A DNA stretch of 64,000 nucleotides from an uncultured delta proteobacterium (GTDB lineage Bacteria; Desulfobacterota; Binatia; UBA9968). The stretch spans positions 64,001-128,000 of the forward strand of contig CAVTUQ010000039.1 in NCBI GenBank assembly GCA_963737905.1. Reading direction: 5' to 3'. The notes under the pieces were generated by a model. That model was not told the origin of the DNA. It ran no database searches and saw only the letters and a list, made by a program, of their open reading frames with translations. Positions 58,503-64,000 of the stretch are shown here, piece by piece (within the stretch, counting starts at the first letter, position 1; each line of letters begins with the position of its first letter). Position numbers and translations under genes: made by a program.

Positions 58503-59516
58503 ATGTTTAAGAACATCTTCTCGGTCGCGCTGTCGCTGATGCTGTTGCTGTTGGAGGGGCTAGGGACGGCACAGGACAAAAAACTCGAGCCGCTGATCGT
58601 CTCTTACAGTTCTTTCACTGGAAACCGGGCCCCTTTTTGGATTGCTAAGGAACTCGGGCTTTATGAAAAATACGGCCTGGAGGTAAAGCTCGTTAGTATT
58701 GCCGCAGGCAGTGTTTCCCTCGCGGCACTCCTTGCTGGCAATGTCCACCTCACTACCGATTCCAGCGCTGGCATTGTCAGCGCCGGCGCGAGAGGCGCTC
58801 CCATTGTCACGGTTTCCACCAACGGCGCGCTGCCGTATCAGCTCATTGCTATTCCCATGATCAAATCCCCGGGGGAACTTAGGGGAAAAGTCGTTGGTAG
58901 CAGCCGAATCGGCGCGGGCACGGATTTCCTCCTGCGGCGCATCCTTTCCAAGCTCGGCTTGGTGCCAGGCAAGGATGTTTCCTTGATACCAACCGGGGTC
59001 AGCGAGTCGGAAAAAAGAATCCAATTGATGTTCCAAGGAAAGATCGACGCAACCATCGGCGAGTCTGACAAGATTTTTCAATTTACGGAGATGGGCGGCC
59101 AAAAGCTTTCCGTTTTAGGCGCTCCAAAGGATTTCGGCGTGCCTTTGCCCGGTAGCGAAATCAGTACGACAAGGCAACTCTTGCGCGACCTGCGGCCGCG
59201 CCTCAAGGCCTTCTTCATGGCGTACAGCGAGGCGATCGCTACGGGAAGAAAAAATCGGGAGCTCGTTTATCGGACATTCCGCAAATACATGCGGATTGAT
59301 AACCCAAAGCTTTTGGACTTCACCTACCGAGTTCAATTTTTGGAAGCGATACCACCGAAACCCTATCCCCGGGAAGACGCCATCCAGGCAAGCATCGAGG
59401 ATCTCAGAGAGACAGTGCCGAAACTTGAAGGCATGAAAGTTTCCGAGTTCATCGACGCTTCGCTGATAAAAGAAATCGACAACGAAGGATTTTTCATCCG
59501 ATTGGAGAAACAATGA
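58503..59516 (+). CDS. NitT/TauT-family substrate-binding protein
   Basis: Signal peptide, WIAKELGLYEKYGLEV, ALLAGNV, IDNEGFF. Confidence 0.87.
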   Translation: MFKNIFSVALSLMLLLLEGLGTAQDKKLEPLIVSYSSFTGNRAPFWIAKELGLYEKYGLEVKLVSIAAGSVSLAALLAGNVHLTTDSSAGIVSAGARGAPIVTVSTNGALPYQLIAIPMIKSPGELRGKVVGSSRIGAGTDFLLRRILSKLGLVPGKDVSLIPTGVSESEKRIQLMFQGKIDATIGESDKIFQFTEMGGQKLSVLGAPKDFGVPLPGSEISTTRQLLRDLRPRLKAFFMAYSEAIATGRKNRELVYRTFRKYMRIDNPKLLDFTYRVQFLEAIPPKPYPREDAIQASIEDLRETVPKLEGMKVSEFIDASLIKEIDNEGFFIRLEKQ

Positions 59517-60472
59517 AGGTTACGCTAAGCCTCGCCATTTTGTTGGCTCAGTTATTAATCTGCGGCCACACCAGCCGTGCGGAGGAAAAAATTCGCCTTG
59601 GCATCTCTGCTGTATCACTTGGCTTTTTGCCCACTATCGTCGCGGAAAAGAAGGGTTTTTATGCAAAGTATGGACTGGCGCCGGAGCATGTCCTGGTAGC
59701 CTGTGCCATTGCCACCAACGCGCTTCTTTCCGAGGATCTCGACTACGCGGTTTGCACAGGTCCAGGGGTGTCCGGAGCGATCAAAGGACTCCCGATCAAA
59801 CTCATCGTAACGACACAGGATAAACTCGGCTACTTCATATTGGTCCGGCCCGAGGTTCAGAAGTTAACGGACCTTCGCGGGAAAACCCTCGGCATCAGCA
59901 CCTTTGGCAGCCAAGCGTACCTGACGACCGTGACGCTTTTGCGGAAATTTGGTATGGAACCGGGGAGAGACATTAATTTGTTGCCCTCCGGAGATAACCG
60001 GGCTCGCCTTGCCGCCATGGACTCCAAAAAAATCGACGCCGCTTTGGCTACCTCGCCGACGGACATTTTCGCAATTCAGCGTGGCTACAAGATTCTTCTC
60101 TGGACGCGCGATCACGTGCCGCTGACGCAAAACGTCGTGGTCGTCACGGACAAAAAACTCAAGCAATCGTCGGATCAAGTCAAACGCATGATCAAAGGCA
60201 CGATTGAAGCCCTCAGATTTATCAGAGAGAGAAAAGACGAGACCGTAGAGATCGCCTCTCAGTGGCTGAAGCTGGACCCGGCAATCACGCGCGCCGCCCT
60301 GGAAAACAATATTCCTTCGTACAGCGCGGATGGGGATTTGACCGATCAGGCGTTGCGCGACCTGATCCAGTATGAACTGGATCGTTCCAATCTGAAGAAG
60401 GAGATCCCGCTGTCTCAGGTTGCGAGCCGCGACCTGCTTCAGCAAGCGCAAAAGGAACTCAACCTCAAATAG
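59513..60472 (+). CDS. NitT/TauT-family substrate-binding protein
   Basis: Signal peptide, VAEKKGFYAKYGL, DLRGKTLGIS; ATGA overlap with the previous gene. Confidence 0.87.
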   Translation: MKVTLSLAILLAQLLICGHTSRAEEKIRLGISAVSLGFLPTIVAEKKGFYAKYGLAPEHVLVACAIATNALLSEDLDYAVCTGPGVSGAIKGLPIKLIVTTQDKLGYFILVRPEVQKLTDLRGKTLGISTFGSQAYLTTVTLLRKFGMEPGRDINLLPSGDNRARLAAMDSKKIDAALATSPTDIFAIQRGYKILLWTRDHVPLTQNVVVVTDKKLKQSSDQVKRMIKGTIEALRFIRERKDETVEIASQWLKLDPAITRAALENNIPSYSADGDLTDQALRDLIQYELDRSNLKKEIPLSQVASRDLLQQAQKELNLK

Positions 60473-60476
60473 AATT

Positions 60477-61688
60477 ATGACCACCAACCAAGCTTCATGC
60501 GCTCCTCTAGCGGGGATCCGAGTTCTGGATTTTACCCACGTGCTCGCCGGGCCGTTTTGCACCCGGCTATTGGCGGATCTCGGCGCCGATGTCGTTCGAG
60601 TCGAGAGCAGCAAACACCCGGACTACCCCTGGCCCTCTGCTTTCATCAGCGACGACGGACGGCATGCATCCTATTTGAACACCAATCGCAGCAAGCGCTC
60701 TATAGCGATTGATCTCAAGAACGAAACTGGCCAGAAAGTCGCCGCGCGCCTGGCCGCCACTAGCGACGTGGTTATCGAAAATTTTAGTGCCGGCGTCATG
60801 GGCAGGCTCAAACTCGATTACCCGACCCTGCAAGTTCTCAATCCGGCTCTTATTTACGTGAGCATGTCCGGCTACGGCCACGACGGCCCGCGCCGCGATT
60901 GGACCAGCATGAACATGAATCTGCAAGGCTACAGCGGGCTCATGATGGTGACCGGCGCGGAAGGCGACCCGCCCACAGCCATCTCGAACTCGTGGAACGA
61001 TTACATCGGCGGGCTCCACGCCTGCTTTGCTATTTTGCAGGCGGTGGATCAACGCTTGAGCAGCGGCAAAGGCGCTCGCATCGATTTGAGCCAATTCGAA
61101 TGCAGCGCTGCGATGATCGGCCCGTTACTGCTGAGCAGCGCTGTGAACGGAACGACGCCTCTCCGCAGGGGAAACCGCTCGGCGATTTGTGCTCCCCAGG
61201 GAGTCTACCGCTGCGCCGGGGCAGACGAGTGGTGCGCCCTCAGCGTCGAGACCGACGAGCAGTGGAAGGCCTTGACGAAATCGATGGGACAGGAGGATTG
61301 GGGATCGCACAGCCGGTTCGCCACTGTCACCGGTCGAATGCGCCATCACGATGAGGTCGATCAAAAGATTGAAGCCTGGACCCAAATCCTTCCCAATACG
61401 GAAGTAGAGTGCCGGCTCAAGACTGTTGGGATTCCTGCAGAACGGATGCGGCGGATCAACGACTTGCTCGAATCTGAGAATGGTGCCACAGTCTTCGTTA
61501 AAATGGAGGAGCGGCGCATGGGCTCGATCCTGACAACCCGCCTTCCCTTTTCACTTTCTTCGGATTCTCTGCCAGCACCCACTAGCGCGCCAGGCCTGGG
61601 CGAGCAGACCATGGAAGTTCTACGCGAATGGCTGAATCTTTCTCAGCAGGAGATCGCAACCATGAAAGATCAAAAAGCGCTCCTATGA
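60477..61688 (+). CDS. Class III CoA transferase (CaiB/BaiF)
   Basis: PLAGIRVLDFTHVLAGP, LADLGADVVRVE, NRSKRS, ENF, SGYG, WNDYIGG (catalytic Asp position), APGLGE. Confidence 0.93.
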   Translation: MTTNQASCAPLAGIRVLDFTHVLAGPFCTRLLADLGADVVRVESSKHPDYPWPSAFISDDGRHASYLNTNRSKRSIAIDLKNETGQKVAARLAATSDVVIENFSAGVMGRLKLDYPTLQVLNPALIYVSMSGYGHDGPRRDWTSMNMNLQGYSGLMMVTGAEGDPPTAISNSWNDYIGGLHACFAILQAVDQRLSSGKGARIDLSQFECSAAMIGPLLLSSAVNGTTPLRRGNRSAICAPQGVYRCAGADEWCALSVETDEQWKALTKSMGQEDWGSHSRFATVTGRMRHHDEVDQKIEAWTQILPNTEVECRLKTVGIPAERMRRINDLLESENGATVFVKMEERRMGSILTTRLPFSLSSDSLPAPTSAPGLGEQTMEVLREWLNLSQQEIATMKDQKALL

Positions 61689-62230
61689 CGGATTTCCCTG
61701 AGTCGATCATTACGCCGGAGCTGCGGAGCTGGATCGGCCGCGAGAGTGCGCGGGCTCGACTGGAAATCATGTCCGCTTCCGACGTGCGACGCTATGTCGA
61801 TGCCACGGGGGACGCAAATCCGTTGTGGCTCGACGATAACTTCGCCCGGAGCGGCGGCTACCGCAGCCGTTTGCTTCCGCCCACTCTCGTGGGCTGGGTT
61901 CCGTTCAGCATGAGGGAAGGCGATTCGGCATCCAGTTCCGACGCCACCGATCTACGCCGGCAGCTGCCGCTGCCCGAAGGCTATACCAATGTGCGCAATG
62001 CCGGTTCCGAGACTGAATGGTTGCAACCGGTTTATGTCGGCGAGCAGCTTTCCACCCAGAGCCGCATCGTGGATATTGTCGCACGGCAAGGACGCGCGGG
62101 ATTGGGAATCTACATCACCCAAGAGGAACAAATTTTAAATTCGCAGCAGGAAATCGTCATGCGCCGCCGCCATACCGTCGCCATGTTCCCGGCACGAAAG
62201 TTTTCCGATCCGAAGAAGGAAACCGACTAA
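61685..62230 (+). CDS. MaoC/hot-dog dehydratase-like protein (N-terminal-type subunit)
   Basis: DVRRYVDATGDANPLW, LPPT, NAGSETEW..PVYVGE. Confidence 0.85.
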   Translation: MTDFPESIITPELRSWIGRESARARLEIMSASDVRRYVDATGDANPLWLDDNFARSGGYRSRLLPPTLVGWVPFSMREGDSASSSDATDLRRQLPLPEGYTNVRNAGSETEWLQPVYVGEQLSTQSRIVDIVARQGRAGLGIYITQEEQILNSQQEIVMRRRHTVAMFPARKFSDPKKETD

Positions 62231-63360
62231 ATGGCGCGCATCATAGATCTAACCGGACTGACAGGAGCCTACGCCACCCGGCTCTTCGCCGAGCAGGGAC
62301 ACGAAGTCATTCGGATTGAAAGTCCCGAAGGTGATGGCTTGAGACGCTTGCCGCCTTTCCTTGGCGACAAGCAGGATCTGGAACACGGGGCTTACCATCA
62401 ATTCTTAAACGCCGGCAAGAAAAGTCTCGCGTTGAATTTGGATTCTCCTGCGGGGCAAAAGATCTTCCTCGAACTCGCGAGTCAAAGTGACGCGCTCGTT
62501 TCTGACGATTCTCTGCCCCTCGAAGACCGCTTGCTTTTTGAAGCCAATCCAAAATTAGTCATCACCCAGATTCAGAACCAGGAGCCCGAGATCTGCGCGG
62601 TCGCGCGCTCGGGCCTCATGTCCCTAACCGGACAGCCGGGCCAAGCTCCCGCGATCCTCGGCGCCCACGTGCCTGTCTCTGGCAGTCGGAATCTACATCG
62701 CCGTCGCCACTGCCGCCGCCCTTCTGACTCTCGAAGAAAACTGGAAAAGGATCCATCGCCACGGTCTCCGTACGTGAAGCCCTGGAGAGTTTCGTGGAGC
62801 AGGCGATGGTGGAATACAGTTTCTCCGGTACGGTCACCGAGCGCAGGGGAAGCAAAGGAGCGATCACCGCCGTTTCCGGAGCACTCCCGTGCAAGAACGG
62901 CCACTGGGTGATCAGCCAGATTCATCGACCTGGCCGCTGGACAAAATTCATGGACTGGGTGCAAGACCCCGAGCTGATCTCGGATCCATCGCTGGCGCAA
63001 GAGGAAAACCAGCACAAACGCCGGGATTTCATTATGGATCGCCTAGACGAATGGGCCAAGGGTTTCACCAAGACGGAACTGGTGGAAGAAGCTCAGCGCC
63101 GTCACTTTCCGGCGTCACCGGTCTCCACACCGCTCGACCTAATCGACGACCCTCAGCTCATCGCGCGGGGATTCCTGAAGGAGATCGATCATCCCGAATT
63201 CGGCCGGATCAAATTTCCAGTAGGAGCGATCGCCAGTGTTTTGAAAACCCAGCTGCTTGCAGCGCCCAGACTCGGCGAACATAACACGGAGATTCTGGCT
63301 CAACTCGGTTATACCGCAGACGACCATCAAACGTTGCTTGCGGCCGGAGCAATCCAATAG
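62231..63360 (+). pseudogene. Class III CoA transferase interrupted by two +1 frameshifts (pseudogene or sequencing error)
   Basis: Frame of 62231 to GAHVP, shifts near 62678 to LAVGIYIAVATAAALLTLEE, shifts near 62739 to TGKGSIATVSVREAL...APRLGEH; corrected length 375 aa. Confidence 0.8.
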
Positions 63361-63367
63361 GTTTGTA

Positions 63368-63411
63368 CCCTTCCCTCCTCTCCCGCGCCGCAGGGAGGAT
63401 GAAAAAGGGGG
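63368..63411. repeat. CCCTC/GAGGG-type REP-like palindrome
   Basis: CCCTT..TCCTCTCCC...GGGAGGA...AAGGGG imperfect nested inverted repeat, similar to 57294..57360. Confidence 0.45.
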
Positions 63412-63426
63412 CCTGAATAAAAGCTA

Positions 63427-63867
63427 ATGGCCTTCAACCAACTTTATTTCGAGGACATTAACGTCGGCGATTCAATTCCCAGCCGCGAATATGGCCCTCT
63501 GACTATCGTCGATACGGTCCGTTGGGCCGGGCTGCAAGAAAACACCCAGCATCTCCACTACGACCGGGATCATGTGCGCGAGCACAACGGACTGCCCACT
63601 TTCATAGCCAGCGGCGCCTATCGCCAGGCTCTGCTGATTCGAACGCTCACGGATTGGATCGGTCCGCGCGGCTGGCTGAGAAAAATCAGCGTGCGGCACA
63701 CCCATTCGACTTTCGAAGGAGATTGGATGCGGTTTGGTGGCCACGTCGTCGAAAAATCTTCCGACCCCTCGGATTCGTGGGTCGCTTGTGAGATCGAAGG
63801 CAGCAATCAAGAAGGCCGGCAGATACTTACCGGCCGGTGCACACTGCTGTTGCCGCCACGTGGATAG
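63427..63867 (+). CDS. MaoC-family dehydratase
   Basis: LYFEDINVGD, LHYD, GLP, LTDWIG, GRCTLLLP. Confidence 0.88.
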   Translation: MAFNQLYFEDINVGDSIPSREYGPLTIVDTVRWAGLQENTQHLHYDRDHVREHNGLPTFIASGAYRQALLIRTLTDWIGPRGWLRKISVRHTHSTFEGDWMRFGGHVVEKSSDPSDSWVACEIEGSNQEGRQILTGRCTLLLPPRG

Positions 63868-64000
63868 GTCGATGCCTTTATCAAGTCTAATCGGGCTTTT
63901 TGATCGGCTGCGATGATTATTGCTATTCGCCGAATTCCTAGTGTAACCAGTTGTTGAGTTTAACGGGTTAAACGTCGAAAATCTCTATTCTTATCCCCGA

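Overview
Gene-dense bacterial chromosomal window with no rRNA, tRNA, CRISPR array, integrase or transposase that I can recognise. The gene content (many stand-alone NitT/TauT-type binding proteins, MmgE/PrpD, cupins, ThDP enzymes, class III CoA transferases) is suggestive of Ca. Binatia / deltaproteobacteria-like soil lineages; that assignment is inference only. Housekeeping genes: uvrC (truncated at the left edge and missing from the ORF track), uvrB, prpC-prpD-prpB, uup, hsp20-lon, dus-maf, bolA-grxD. Main observations: (1) a peroxiredoxin-like selenoprotein (in-frame UGA in a UxxC motif, followed by a SECIS-like hairpin) directly upstream of bolA-grxD; (2) a 23.7-31.1 kb region of small orphan ORFs with three consensus sigma54 promoters, an unannotated 41-aa membrane protein, a non-catalytic 3x peptidoglycan-binding lipoprotein, and two small proteins sharing a WPxxTWFxxRLxx[VL]R motif; (3) eight NitT/TauT-fold binding proteins with no cognate permease or ATPase in the window, two of them without signal peptides; (4) a long catabolic run ending in an interleaved CoA-transferase/MaoC/CoA-transferase/MaoC module; (5) three single-base frameshifts that make a false DUF1989 fusion and split a CoA transferase, most likely sequencing errors. 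All family calls come from motif recognition by eye; no database search was run.
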